From positions 113,584,001 to 113,648,000 of the forward strand of contig OZ024744.1 of assembly GCA_964016885.1 (NCBI GenBank): a stretch of DNA of 64,000 nt. Direction: 5' to 3'. A program made the position numbers and the translations under genes. Of the stretch, positions 12,245 to 25,946 are shown one piece after another; the first letter of the stretch is position 1; each line of letters starts with the position of its first letter. The notes beneath the pieces are model-generated. The model saw nothing but the letters and a program-made list of their open reading frames with translations, was not told the DNA's origin and did not search any database. Source of the stretch: Eledone cirrhosa. Taxonomy: Eukaryota.

Positions 12245-12664
12245 GATACAAATACTACTTTCTGACTGTCACCAAGCTTCTCAATTCATTCGTTGCTAAG
12301 TATTTTATTTTGCTACGAGGTATTTTATTTTGCAAGGTACTATTTTTTCCCTTGAGTTTGTAATTTCTGAGAAAGGTAAGAAATTCTTCATATTTTACAT
12401 CTTTTGTATTTTGACTTTACAGTTTGAATTGTAGAATTGTTTATGCAATCAAAATATTACAACAGCTAACAGTGAAATATAGAATTTAAAAAAAAAATGC
12501 TTTTTCGACTGAAATCAAGTCTTTGAGAACATTCACGTCTATTTTTCAAAAATATATAATTTGAAATAGTTTGCTTTTGTTTTGGACTGAAACTTTTTTT
12601 GTATTTAATTCGTACGGGTATTTTTTAAAGATCTTTTTAAAGATTCTAACATAACTTGATTAGA

Positions 12665-14006
12665 CCCATTACGTGCACTGCAGCATTCATATTTCTCAAC
12701 TTATTATAACTAAGTCTGTACAACAAGCTTCACTTATCAAAAATGTTCTAGGTTGCGTGAATGAATTGCGGAAAATATATAGTACATCAGGAAAATTTAA
12801 GCACGCGTATTTATCACAACATGATGAAGAAAATGAAGTATTGTCACCACGCTCCTTAAAACCCGTGTGCCCTACTCGATGGCTAACACGACTTTCTGCA
12901 GTCAAAGCCCTTCTTGACAATTATTCAGATGTCCCTATTTCTTTACAAGAGGCTACAAATGAGTTTGGCACCAACATTGCATCCAGAGCTAATGTTATTC
13001 TTACGTGTCACTCTCCGGGCCAATGTGTCCTTGGATTGCACGTTGTAGTTCCATTACTTCAATTCCTTGAAGGATTGAACAAATCTTTTCAAAGTACCAC
13101 CTTCAATCTAGGTAGCATGTTGCATAGTGTCAAACTGGTGCAGGAGGAGCTAAAAAAATCTACACACTGAAGAAAAATTTCAGGAGCTGTTCAATACAGC
13201 AGAAAAAATAATTTATCAACTCGATATTTCTCCTTTGGAGCTACCCAGGCAATGAAAAGTTCCTAAAAGATACCAGGAAGGAAATGCGTTAAAATAACAC
13301 TGCACTGCTTTGGATCATTACAGAGTGCAGTATTTGCAGGTAGTGGATACTGCAATATCAAATTTGGAAGATTTATTTTTTTTCACAGGATTTAGCAGAT
13401 TATGAAAAACTGAGCAATATTTTACTCAATGGAAATGTTTGTGCTGAAGTGATCATGCAGTATTCAGAGATTGATGAATGTTCTTTAAGGAACGAAATAC
13501 TTTTTTATAGAAATCATCATAATGGATCATCTCTCGAGGAACATCGTAAAATATTCGGTGAAATGCAATCTGAAGTCCGTTGCATGTTTCTAAAGGTTGA
13601 GCGGTTGCTCAGGCTGCTTTTAATGTTTCAAACCAGTTCTTGTGAAGCTGAAAGATCTTTTAACGCTCTGCAGAGACTCAAAACTTGGTTGCGATCGACC
13701 ATGACTCAGCAAAGGTTGAATCATATTCTAATATGAGACGTTCATAGAGATGTTTGGAAAAAGATTAGTTGTGAAGAAGTTGCTAAATTATTTATTGACA
13801 GCAATGATGTGAGATATGATCCATTTGGAAAGTTCTAAAAGACAATAGATTTACTTTATATGATATTTATTCAAATGTCTATGTTTTATTTTTTGTTTAT
13901 TTGATATATGTGATAGGGTTCAGGAAAGTCACCATAAGTAATACTAAAATGTTCCAACAAATGTTGGTTTGGCCCCCTTACATTTTTAAGGGAAACGAGG
14001 GCCCTG
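12665..14006 (+). mobile_element. Degenerate hAT transposon (ZMYM1/Tip100-like), 3' half and probable right end
   Basis: VHCSIH (CxxH), LKPVCPTRW, TSSCEAERSF..L.RLKTWLRSTMTQQRLN dimerisation motif; stops and frameshifts; ends GGGCCCTG. Confidence 0.85.
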
Positions 14007-14544
14007 GAAAAGAGCAACATTATTCATGAATTGAATTCACTGACCCGTTCATCATCGTGTTCGGCTTGACTTCGATACTTCATTCTTACTAACATTCGGT
14101 TTGCTTGACCCCATTGCATTTCCACATCATTTATTCTATAACTAGGTTGTTGCTATTCCTATATAAACTGACTGTTTATACTACGACCAAGCCTTGGGCT
14201 TAAGGAAGTGCTTTTGTAGTCTTCAACAGTCATCCATTATAATTGCAGCACCATTACAAGAATATCACAGTGTTGCATTAAGGTAAGGGCGATAATTTGA
14301 GTAACTCTGACTACTAAGCAATGTCTTAACTTAGTATTATCTCGTCTTATCACTACGTGCTTAATTGATGAATTCCATTTCAAAATAGCACATTGCTAGT
14401 CATTCTTGCATTAAGTTCTCTTGAACTCGTTGACTCGTTGATCCTTTATTGAGTCTGCCACCTTAATTCCCTCAAGCTAAGTTATTACTATTCCTACATG
14501 AAAGACTGGTTAATCTTCATATATAACTTGCCTAGACTTGGTTA

Positions 14545-14700
14545 TCACCCATGTGTTTAATTTGCAAGGAGTTCTTTTCGAATGAGGCGATGAAGCCATC
14601 GCGTTTCAGTAGACACCTGGAGGTGAGGCACCCCGATAAGAGATATAAAGATTTAGCATACTTTCAGTCTCTTAGGGACCAATTTCAGAAAACAACACTA
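14545..14700 (+). mobile_element. hAT Buster/Charlie-type BED zinc-finger fragment
   Basis: PMCLICKEFFSNEAMKPSRFSRHLEVRHP..KDLAYF is typical of SCAND3/ZBED5-like transposase N-termini. Confidence 0.75.
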
Positions 14701-14726
14701 ATTTCCTTCTACTGGCATTTCTTGGC

Positions 14727-14968
<242 letters not shown>

Positions 14969-15028
14969 TTGGGAGTTTAGACTAGTATGATCAGTATTCA
15001 ATACTTGGGATAAGTAGAATGCAAATAT

Positions 15029-15089
<61 letters not shown>

Positions 15090-15094
15090 CTTAT

Positions 15095-15230
15095 ATTCTA
15101 CTAGCCCAACAGCCAGATAGGTCTTTCTTGACTGGGCCATGGTGTCCAAATACTCATTTGAAAGATTTCGCCAGGTGGTGCTATTAACCATGGCCAGAGC
15201 CAATACTGGCCGAAACATATCAAAGTTATC
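15095..15230 (+). mobile_element. 3'-terminal fragment of a CR1-type LINE related to the 60424 family
   Basis: TTGAAAGATTTCGCCAGGTGGTGCTATTAA..CATGGCC...GCCAATACTGGCCGAAACATATCAAAGTTA matches the reverse complement of 60424-60525. Confidence 0.75.
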
Positions 15231-15384
15231 AAATTTAAGTTATATAGGAGTTCTTATTATTTTGGCTTGTCGATGTTGAGTGGTTAACAAGTTCTATTGG
15301 CAACTACGAGATCCTTGGTTCAATCCCAATATGTCACCTCATATCCCAATGGCTTTAGCAGCAGGTTGACCCATGTCTTGTGAT

Positions 15385-15860
15385 CGTAGTGCTGGTAGTG
15401 TTGTTGTTTGTTGGTGAAGATGATGGTGGTGTTGGTGGTATTGGTGATGGTGTTGGTAGTGTTGGTGATGCTAGTGATGGTGATAGTGGTGTGGGAGGTG
15501 TTGGTGATGATAGTGATGATGGTGGTGTTGTTGTTGGTGGTGGTGTTGGTGGTGGTGTTGGTGGTGGTGTTGGTAGTGTTGGTGATGGTGATGGTGGTGT
15601 GGGAGGTGTTGGTGATGATAGTGATGATGGTGGTGTTGTTGGTGGTGGTGTTGGTGGTGGTGTTGGTAGTGTTGGTGATGGTGATGGTGGTGTGGAAGGT
15701 GTTGGTGATGATAGTGATGATGGTGGTGTTGGTGTTGATAGTGTTGGTGATGGTGATAGTGGTGTGGGAGGTGTTGGTGATGATGGTGGTGTTGGTGTTG
15801 TAGGTAGTGTTGGTGTTGATAGTGGTGGTGTTGGTGTTGTTCATAATGTTGGCGGTAGTG
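15385..15860. repeat. (GGT/GAT/GTT)n trinucleotide-derived low-complexity array with higher-order repeats
   Basis: Blocks such as GGTGTGGGAGGTGTTGGTGATGATAGTGATGAT recur. Confidence 0.9.
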
Positions 15861-16152
15861 CTAGCAGTGTTCGTGGAAGCAACTTAGTTAAATTCACCCC
15901 TCTTCTTCCTTCCCAGTAGAAATAATCTTATTCAACTTTTCAACTACAGAGCTTAATAATTGGCAAACACACACTCAGTTACATACACACAGGTACATAC
16001 ACACACATACATGCACAGAGAGAGAAAGAGGGAGAGAGGGAAAGGGAGAGAGAGAGATAGAAAGAAGGAGAGAGACACGCAGGCACACAGAGACATCCCT
16101 ATCCCCTCAAATATATTATTGAACTTATTCTCAACAACTGTCCTGTGCGGGC

Positions 16153-17490
16153 AGGTACGTATGTTTGTACCTGTATGTACGTATGTTTGTACCTGAATGT
16201 ACGTATATTTGTACCTGTATGTACGTATGTTTGTACCTGTATGTACATATGTTTGTACCTGTATGTACATATGTTTGTACCTGTATGTACGTATGTTTGT
16301 ACCTGTATGTATATATGTTTGTATCTGTATGTATATATGTTTGTACCTGCATGTACGTATGTTTGTACCTGCATGTACGTATATTTGTACCTGTATGTAC
16401 ATATGTTTGTACCTGTATGTATATATGTTTGTACCTGTATGTATATATGTTTGTATCTGTATGTATGTTTGTACCTGTATGTACGTATGTTTGTACCTGT
16501 ATGTACGTATGTTTGTACCTGTATGTATATGTTTGTATCTGTATGTATATATGTTTGTATCTGTATGTATGTATGTTTGTACCTGTATGTATGTATGTTT
16601 GTACCTGTATGTACGTATGTTTGTACCTGTATGTACGTATGTTTGTACCTGTATGTACGTATGTACCTGTATGTACGTATGTTTGTACCTGTATGTACGT
16701 ATGTTTGTACCTGTATGTACGTATGTCTGCACCTGTATGTATGTATGTTTGTACCTGAATGTACGTATATTTGTACCTGTATGTACGTATGTTTGTACCT
16801 GTATGTACATATGTTTGTACCTGTATGTATATATGTTTGTACCTGTATGTATATATGTTTGTATCTGTATGTATGTATGTTTGTACCTGTATGTACGTAT
16901 GTTTGTACCTGTATGTACGTATGTTTGTACCTGTATGTACGTATGTTTGTACCTGTATGTACGTATGTTTGTACCTGTATGTACGTATGTTTGTACCTGT
17001 ATGTATGTATGTTTGTACCTGCATGTACGTATGTTTGTACCTGTATGTACCTGTATGTATGTTTGTACCTGTATGTATGTTTGTACCTGCATGTACGTAT
17101 GTTTGTACCTGCATGTACGTATGTTTGTACCTGATTGTACGTATGTTTGTACCTGCATGTACGTATGTTTGTACCTGTATGTACGTATGTTTGTACCTGT
17201 ATGTATGTATGTCTGTACCTGTATGTACGTATGTCTGTACCTGTATGTACGTATGTCTGTACCTGTATGTATGTATGTTTGTACCTGTATGTACGTATGT
17301 TTGTACCTGTATGTACGTATGTCTGTACCTGTATGTACGTATGTCTGTACCTGTATGTACGTATGTCTGTACCTGTATGTACGTATGTCTGTACCTGTAT
17401 GTACGTATGTTTGTACCAGTATGTATGTATGTTTGTACCTGTATGTGTATATGTTTGTACCAGTATGTGTATATGTTTGTACCTGTATGT
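16153..17490. repeat. 22-bp tandem minisatellite (~60 copies)
   Basis: Unit TGTACCTGTATGTACGTATGTT. Confidence 0.95.
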
Positions 17491-17717
17491 ATATGTGTGT
17501 GTGTCTATGTATATATGGGTGTGTCTATATGTGCATGTGTGTGTGACTATGTGCATGTGTGTGTGACTGTGTATATGTATGTTTGTATCTGTGTATATGA
17601 TTGTGTATCTGTATGTATGTGGGAATGTGGAAAGTAGTGGTACCTCTGCTCTCCCTGCCACTCTTTAAAAAAGCAGTGTATAAACAACAATATATTAAAT
17701 CTAGAAACCAAATATAA

Positions 17718-17860
17718 CCCACATGAGTTGTGAGAGGGAGGGTCCTACTGCCCAACACACCACCCTCACATGAGTTGTGAGAGGGAGGGTCCTACTGCCC
17801 AACACACCACCCCACATGAGTTGTGAGAGGGAGGGTCCTACTGTCCAACACACCACACCA
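17718..17860. repeat. 46-47-bp tandem repeat x3
   Basis: CACATGAGTTGTGAGAGGGAGGGTCCTACTGCCCAACACACCACC repeated three times. Confidence 0.9.
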
Positions 17861-17967
17861 CCCCCACTATGTCATTTACACACAATTCACTGAAAGTTTA
17901 ATAACTTAACAGAATAAATAAGAACTTACATAACTGAACAAACCTAGACTGATAAAAATAATAATAA

Positions 17968-18772
17968 CTAGCAGAATGGCCCGGCGTTGCTCGGGATTCT
18001 AAACATAGATTGGCATGTTTATCCCTCCTTTCTGAAACAGTTTCGTCGTGTGTTCACCAATTGATGCAGAAGTCCTAATAAAAAGTGAAGTCACCTTGGG
18101 TGAATAGGCAAATAATTTTCCATTTAAGATTTTTCAAAAGCATGTAATTGCGTTCTCTCTTTTTTGTTGTTGTTTTTGCTGCTGTTGGTGTGATAGCAGC
18201 CCTTGGTCGTACTACTAACACAGTCTCGTCCTTCTTCAGCCAATCGTGTATAACCCCTTCTGCCTCGTCAACAATGAGAACAATATTTGCTGTAGGGTTC
18301 TTATATATTTGATATATATTTATCCTTATCGAGCCCCGTGAAATAAGTACGTTTGTTTATATTTTGTTATTGAGTATGCAAAAATATCTGTACACAAATA
18401 TATATATATATATTAAAATAACAAAGTTTAAGCGAAGAATCGTTGATTTCACCCTTAACAGGATCTTCTGAAACTAAAAAAAATAAATCTGTGATCGCAG
18501 AAGTAAATATTTCGAAAAACGTTACACGCTATATATATATATATACACACACAGATAGTGTCATAATGTCGTAATGCAGACAGCCAGTTATTATAAGGGC
18601 GTAACATAAAAGCTATCTAATGTGGTCCCTAGGGCATTGGAAATTTGAAATATTTTTTGCTCAAAACACTCAAACGAACATAAGTATTACATGTGTAAAG
18701 TTTGAAAAGAATTGGTTGGGTGGTTCTCGAGTTTTAAGGGGACAGACAGACATTCTGTTTTAGATATATAGA
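17968..18772 (-). mobile_element. Complete non-autonomous Helitron (805 bp)
   Basis: Minus strand begins A|TCTATATATCTAAAACAGAATGTCTGTCTGTC and ends CCCGAGCAACGCCGGG hairpin..CTAG|T: the canonical A/T insertion site without TSD. Confidence 0.9.
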
Positions 18773-19835
18773 TGATAATAATGAAATTATTGTGTACAGT
18801 GCTCAGGTACACTACAACTTGTAAAAGTACATAGAATAATGTACAAATGTCAGGGAAGTGAATAGTGTATGAGTCATGATATACATGTGTGCGTGTGTAT
18901 GGAGGGGGGGGGGGGCATCAGGTGTAGTGTTGGCGAATCTCAGGAAGCATGAAGGTTTTAAAGGATGCAGTGTCTCGACAGCTAACAACTGATGCAGGTA
19001 GTTTGTTCCATGGAGGTTTTAAAGGATGCAGTGTCTCAACAGCTAACAACTGATGCAGGTAGTTTGTTCCATGCTTCAGCAACTCTGAGCGTGAAAAAAT
19101 TGTTTCTGAAAGTCATGGGAGCTGTGCTGCTTTCTGAATTTGTAGGCATGCCCACGTGTGTTAGACACATGGAAATAAAAAAGGTGCTCAGGGTTGTTGT
19201 TGGCAAGATGGTTAATAATTTTGGGGGTGTTTACCAAGTCAGTTGTCAGGCGTCGGAGTTTCAATGTATCCATGCCCAGGGAAGCAAGGCGTTCAGAGTA
19301 TGGTAGATGCCTGATGGAGGGTATTCGCTTGGTTGCACGTCTCTGAACAGTTTCCAAGAGGTCAATGTTCTGAGCAAGATAGGGGTTCCAGACTGGTGAT
19401 GCAAATTCTAAGTGTGGCCGCACCATAGCTATATATGGCTTAAAATAGATAGCTGGAGAGCGGCTGACAAAGGTCTTACTGAGTGATGCTAAGACACACT
19501 CGGCCTTCTTGACAATTTTAGAGACGTGCTTTGTCCAACGCAAATCGCTGATGACAGTAATGCCCAGGTCACGCTCACAAGAAGACTTCTTGATATTAGT
19601 GTTGTGGAGGGAGTATGTAGATGCTGGGTTTTTACTCCCAAAATGCATGGAGGTACACTTGTCCACAGCTAGCTGGAGTTGCCAGTCTGTGATCCATTGT
19701 TGCATTGTGTCCAGGTCAGATTGCAGGCAAGATCTATAGTGCTCAGGATCTGTCCTTTTTATGTCAAGGTACAGCTTGATGTCATCTGCATATTTCAGTA
19801 CTGTGGCATTCTTTAGGTTGTTCCAGTTATTCAAG
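18773..19835 (-). mobile_element. CR1-clade LINE, 5'-truncated (RT C-terminus plus 3' UTR), with a ~60-bp internal duplication at 18953-19073
   Basis: YADDIKLY, ERDLGI, RPHLEFASPVWNP, LETVQRRATK, NTRGH; (ATT)n-type tail. Confidence 0.9.
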
Positions 19836-19889
19836 ATTGGCTATGAAAGAAGCCTGGCCAAGTAGTTAGAGTACTGGTCTCAGGATTTG

Positions 19890-20656
19890 GTGTGAGCTGT
19901 AACATGATAGGACTGGGGATCCCTATCATTAAAACACCCAAGATATTTTCTGAGATACAACCTTGTAGGAAACCAGCTAAAACTACACAGGTGTGAGCTG
20001 TAACAACATGATAGGACTGGGGTCCTTATCATTAAACCACCTGAGAAACCTCCTATAAGATACAAACTTGTAGGAGACCATCTAAATCTACATAGGTGTG
20101 AGCTATAACAACATGATAGGACTGGGGTCTATCATTAAAACTCACAACTGGAGACCAACTAAACCTACATAGGTGTGAGATATAACAACATGATAGGACT
20201 GGGGTCTATCATTAAAACTCACAACTAGAGACCATCTAAACCTACATAAGTGTGAGCTATAACAACATGATAGGACTGGGGTCGCGTATCATTAAAATTC
20301 ACAACTAGAGACCAGCTAAACCTACATAGGTGTGAGATGTAACAACATGATAGGACTGGGGTCGCGTATCATTAAAACTCACAACTAGAGACCAGCTAAA
20401 CCTACATAGGTGTGAGCTATAACAACAACATGATAGGACTGGGGTCTATCATTAAAACTCACAACTGGAGACCAGCTAAACCTACATAGGTGTGAGATGT
20501 AACAACAGGATAGGACTGGGGTCTATCATTAAAACTCACAACTGGAGACCAGCTAAACCTACATAGGTGTGAGCTATAACAACATGATAGGACTGGGGTC
20601 TATCATTAAAACTCACAACTGGAGACCAGCTAAACCTACATAGGTGTGAGCTGTAA
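19890..20656. repeat. 77-bp tandem repeat (~9 hairpin-bearing units; first two ~103 bp)
   Basis: Unit GGTGTGAGCTATAACAACATGATAGGACTGGGGTCTATCATTAAAACTCACAACTGGAGACCAGCTAAACCTACATA. Confidence 0.92.
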
Positions 20657-21099
20657 AGTTCATTTCATTTCAATGTAAAACTGCAATAATACTATTTGTT
20701 CATCCACGGCACTGAAATGACTAAATCAATAGATCAATCATTGTTAACCATCAGAAGATATTAAACCTTACTCGACTGCTATTAAGTGTGTTGTCCATGC
20801 CTTACTAAAACGCATGGACAGCACACTTTCATACAAGTGTCCATGCCTTAGTAAAAAGGCATGGACAACACATCTTCATAGCAGCTGCCCTGTATATGAT
20901 GAGTAGAACAAGCGCACGTTCTTGTCTAATGACGGTGACCCGTGTCAATAACTTTGGTTGTTGGAATCAACAGATTATTTCACTTAACTCAAAAATTTGT
21001 TGAGTTGAAATAGAACAATGTCATCGCAGTGGATAAACTAAATATTCTAAATCAGCGAAGAAGGAAAAACAGCAAAAACCAAACAAATCAAATGCATAT

Positions 21100-21521
21100 T
21101 TCAAGGGTCCCACCCTTGCAAACAGGGAAAAGCGGACGTAAAATGATGATGATGTTAATATATATACCAAACATACACCCCAACCCATTACCCCTACTCC
21201 ATCCTCCCACTCCCACCAACACCACCCTGTAAAGTTATGTTGGTACCACAACATCCAGTCCAAACTAATGAGGTCGTGTAGGTGTCGCGACAAAAAAACA
21301 CAGTCCACGCTGTAAGGTGGCCGTGTAGAAAACACGGTAAAAACCTCCCAGTCCACACTGTAAACGTGGTTGGTTATTAGGAAGGGTATCCAGCCATAGA
21401 AAACCTGCCAGGGAGTCCTATACGGGCGAGACACAGTCACCCGACCAATATTGCCTCATGTGGGACAACTACCGTCTAACACATGGAAGATAGACGTTAA
21501 ACTATGATGATGATGATGATA
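21100..21521 (+). mobile_element. Two tandem RTE 3'-end fragments (A-type tail 21100-21154; B-type 3' UTR 21165-21521)
   Basis: CCACCCTTGCAAACAGGGAAAAGCGGACGTAAAAT(GAT)n, then a UTR module with GGAAGGGTATCCAGCC and a second (GAT)n tail. Confidence 0.85.
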
Positions 21522-21898
21522 ACTATTACTGCAATGTTTAACTGACGAATGGTTTAAACTAACGTGAACGGCCTTGTCATTGATGCAATGTTTAATTAAA
21601 GAATGAATCAAAATAACAATGCACATCCCTGTTATTAATGAAGGCTGACAAGACAAACACAGAGGACCTGACAGATTAGGTGCCGCCGGTATGAAGTACA
21701 AGTGTCACAGGGGAACGGAAACATCGGCTAAACTAGAGGTCCCTGCAAACAGTTCCATAATATTATTCACACACAAACAAGAATTCAGACGTTATCTTTC
21801 TAACAACTTGACAAAATACCATTTGATAAGGAGAATAGTTCAGCTAAATTGTATATAAAACAAAAGATATTAACCCAAATACACCAGCTGGTGTCTTT

Positions 21899-21964
<66 letters not shown>

Positions 21965-21966
<2 letters not shown>

Positions 21967-22023
21967 ATTGTTTCTACTATTGGCACAAGGTCAGCAAAGT
22001 TCACCTCAGCGGGATTTGAACAC
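21965..22023 (-). mobile_element. Internally deleted fragment of the Deu/Nin-like SINE
   Basis: Tail TTGTTTCTACT.TTGGCACAAGG joined directly to the B-box region CCTCAGCGGGATTTGAAC. Confidence 0.65.
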
Positions 22024-22198
22024 ACATAATATATATATATATTATATATAATACATATATATATAATACATATAATATATATAATACATATATATATAAT
22101 ACATATAATATATATAATACATATATATAATACATATATATATATAATACATATAATATATATATATATAAAATGACGATGATGATATATAATACATA

Positions 22199-22388
22199 TA
22201 ATTGTTTCTACTTTTGGCACAAGGCCAGCAATTACCCAGTGCATTACTGGTACTTTATTTTATCGACCCCGTAAGGATGAAAGGCAAAGTCAACCTCGGC
22301 GGGATTTGAACTCAGATCGTAAAGGGACGTAACTATGCTGGAAAGCATGGCGTCCGACCCTCTACCGATACTGCCAATCCACCGCCCC
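22199..22388 (-). mobile_element. Full-length tRNA-derived SINE with Deu/Nin-like core
   Basis: Minus strand GGGGCGGTGGATTGGCAGTATCGGTAGAG (A box)...GAGTTCAAATCC (B box)...GCCTTTCATCCTTACGGGGTCGATAAAATAAAGTACCAG. Confidence 0.85.
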
Positions 22389-23569
22389 ATATATATAATA
22401 CATATAATACATATAATACATATAATACATATATATATAATACATATAATATATATATATATAATACATATAATACATATAATACATATATATAATACAT
22501 ATATATATATATATATATAATACATATAATACATATAATACATATATATATAATACATATAATATATATATATATAATACATATAATATATATATATATA
22601 ATACATATAATATATATATATATATAATACATATATATATATATATAATACATATAATATATATATATATAATACATATAATATATATATATATAATACA
22701 TATCATATATATATATATAATACATATCATATATATATATATATAATACATATAATATATATATATAATACATATATATATATAATACATATAATATATA
22801 TATATATAATACATGATATATATATATATATAATACATATAATATATATATATATAATACATATAATATATATATATATAATACATATAATATATATATA
22901 TATAATACATATAATATATATATATAATACATATATATATATATATAATACATATAATATATATATATATAATACATATGATATATATATATAATACATA
23001 TAATATATATATATATAATACATATGATATATATATATAATACATATAATATATATATATAATACATATAATATATATATATAATACATATAATATATAT
23101 ATATAATACATATAATATATATATATAATACATATAATATATATATATAATACATATAATATATATATATAATACATATAATATATATATATATAATACA
23201 TAATATATATATATAATACATATAATATATATATATAATACATATAATATATATATATAATACATATATATAATATATATATATATATAATACATATAAT
23301 ATATATATATAATACATATATATATATATATATAATACATATATATATATATATAATACATATATATATATAATACATATAATATATATATATAATACAT
23401 ATATATAATATATATATATATATAATACATATATATATATATATAATACATATATATATATATATAATACATATATATATATATAATACATATATATAAT
23501 ACATATATATATATATATAATACATATATAATACATATATATAATACATATATATATATAATACATATT

Positions 23570-24445
23570 TCGTTTCTGAATTTGTTTAGCTAGATTATCT
23601 GAAATCGTGTGTTGAAACCGATATTGTTATACTTATTAGCAAGACATACCCGTTCCAAAGACCCTCATGTATAGATAAGAAATGTATAACCTGTAAAATA
23701 AGCCCCCATATTAACTGTAAAACTAGAAATGTAGTGTATAGCATAAGATGTACTGAAGGACAATGTAGAAACAAAAATATAGTGTACATAGGTGAGACAG
23801 CTCGTAGTATAGGGGAACGAATAAATGAACACTGGCGAGACCTCCAAGATAATAAAGAATCATCTGTGCTCTACCAACATGCTAAGATAGAACACAGGGG
23901 TAGATTAGAGAACATAGAAATAAAAATGGAATCCACACACAGAAAAGACGCAATGTTTAGGCAAATTACAGAGGCAGTAAGCATAAAAGAATTAAAACCA
24001 AAATTAAATAGAAAATATGAGTGGAACAGCAACATCACATCTTACAATCAAGGACAAAATGAAAACACACACAGGACAAAATGAAAACACACACACACAT
24101 AGAACAAACAACTTACAATTAAGGACAAAATGAAAACACACACACACAGAATAAACAACCAACCAACAATAAATAAATAAATAAATAAACAAATAGATAA
24201 ATGAACACAAACACACACAGACACCCGGATGTGGCGCATGCGCAAACTGAGCACACAACACACACACACAGAAACAAAATGGCGTAGGATAGAAGAAAGG
24301 AAAGGCACAGAAACAAAGGAAGGAATCCCCAGTCACTGAAGAGGTCACAGAGTGTGTGACGAAAGGACTATGACTATATATAAACAACTATCTGGTTGTG
24401 GAACCAACCAACCAACCAGAAATTTATAGGTTTGTAAATTTGTAA
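23570..24445 (+). mobile_element. Penelope-like element 3' part: Cys-rich linker, GIY-YIG endonuclease, 3' repeat with hammerhead
   Basis: Open frame 23590-24084: KTYPFQRPSCIDKKCITC..NCKTRNVVYSIRC..C...YIGETARSIGERINEH..SVLYQH..H..RQITEAV.I..P.LN.K.EW (Naiad/Neptune-like). Confidence 0.88.
24331..24375 (+). ncRNA. Minimal type I hammerhead ribozyme in the Penelope 3' repeat
   Basis: AGTCA-CTGAAGA-G-GTCACA(GAGTG)TGTGAC-GAAA-GGAC-TA-TGACT; stem I AGTCA/TGACT. Confidence 0.8.
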
Positions 24446-24834
24446 ATTTATAAATATATAATACATATATATATATAATACATATATATATATATATATA
24501 TAATACATATATATATATATATATAATACATATATATATATATATAATACATATATATATATAATACACATATATATATATATATAATACACATATATAT
24601 ATAATACATATATATATATATATAATACACATATAATACATATATATATATATATATATAATACACATATAATACATATATATATATATATATAATACAT
24701 ATATATATATATAATACATATATATATATATATATATATATAATACATATATATATATATATAATACATATATACATATATATATAATACATATATTCAT
24801 ATATATATAATACATATATACATATATATATATA

Positions 24835-24883
<49 letters not shown>

Positions 24884-25123
24884 ATACGTATATACATATA
24901 TATATAATACATATATACATATATATATAATACATATATACATATATAATACATATATACATATATATATATAATACATATATACATAATACATATATAC
25001 ATATATATATAATACATATATACATACATATATAATACATATATACATACATATATAATACATATATACATACATATATAATACATATATACATATAATA
25101 CATATATATATATATATAATACG

Positions 25124-25164
<41 letters not shown>

Positions 25165-25386
25165 CGTATATACATATATATATATAATACATATATACAT
25201 ATATATATATAATACATATATATATATATATATATAATACGTATATACATATATATATATAATACATATATACATATATATATATAATACATATATACAT
25301 ATATATAATACGTATATACATATATATATATATGATACATATATACATATATATATATATAATACATATATACATATATATATATA

Positions 25387-25419
<33 letters not shown>

Positions 25420-25605
25420 TATATACATATATATATATAATACATATATACATATATATATATAATACATATATATATAATACATATATATATATAATAC
25501 ATATAATACATATATATATAATACATATATATATATAATACATATATATATATAATACATATATATATATAATACATATATATATATAATACATATATAT
25601 ATATA

Positions 25606-25636
<31 letters not shown>

Positions 25637-25946
25637 ATATATATATATAATACATATATATATATATATAATACATATATACATATATATAATACATATA
25701 TATATAATGCATATATACATATAATACATATATACATATATATATATACTAGATATATACATATATATATATAATACATATATACATATATATAATAGAT
25801 ATATACATATATATAATACGTATATACATATATATATATATAATACATATATACATATATATAATAGATATATACATATACATATATATAATACATATAT
25901 ACATATATATATATATATAATACATACATATATATAATACATATAT

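Noticed and set aside
14030-14540. Unique-looking stretch between the hAT fragments
   Set aside because: No ORF, terminal repeat or ribozyme core recognisable; left unannotated.
15320-15919. Gly/Asp/Val-rich or Thr/Asn-rich structural protein
   Set aside because: Trinucleotide low-complexity repeat open in several frames on both strands; no evidence for a real gene.
15953-17661. Repetitive 300-500 aa ORFs
   Set aside because: Products of the 22-bp minisatellite.
23641-23900. Selenocysteine-encoding Penelope (Naiad-type) endonuclease
   Set aside because: All linker cysteines are TGT; there is no in-frame TGA in the visible frame.
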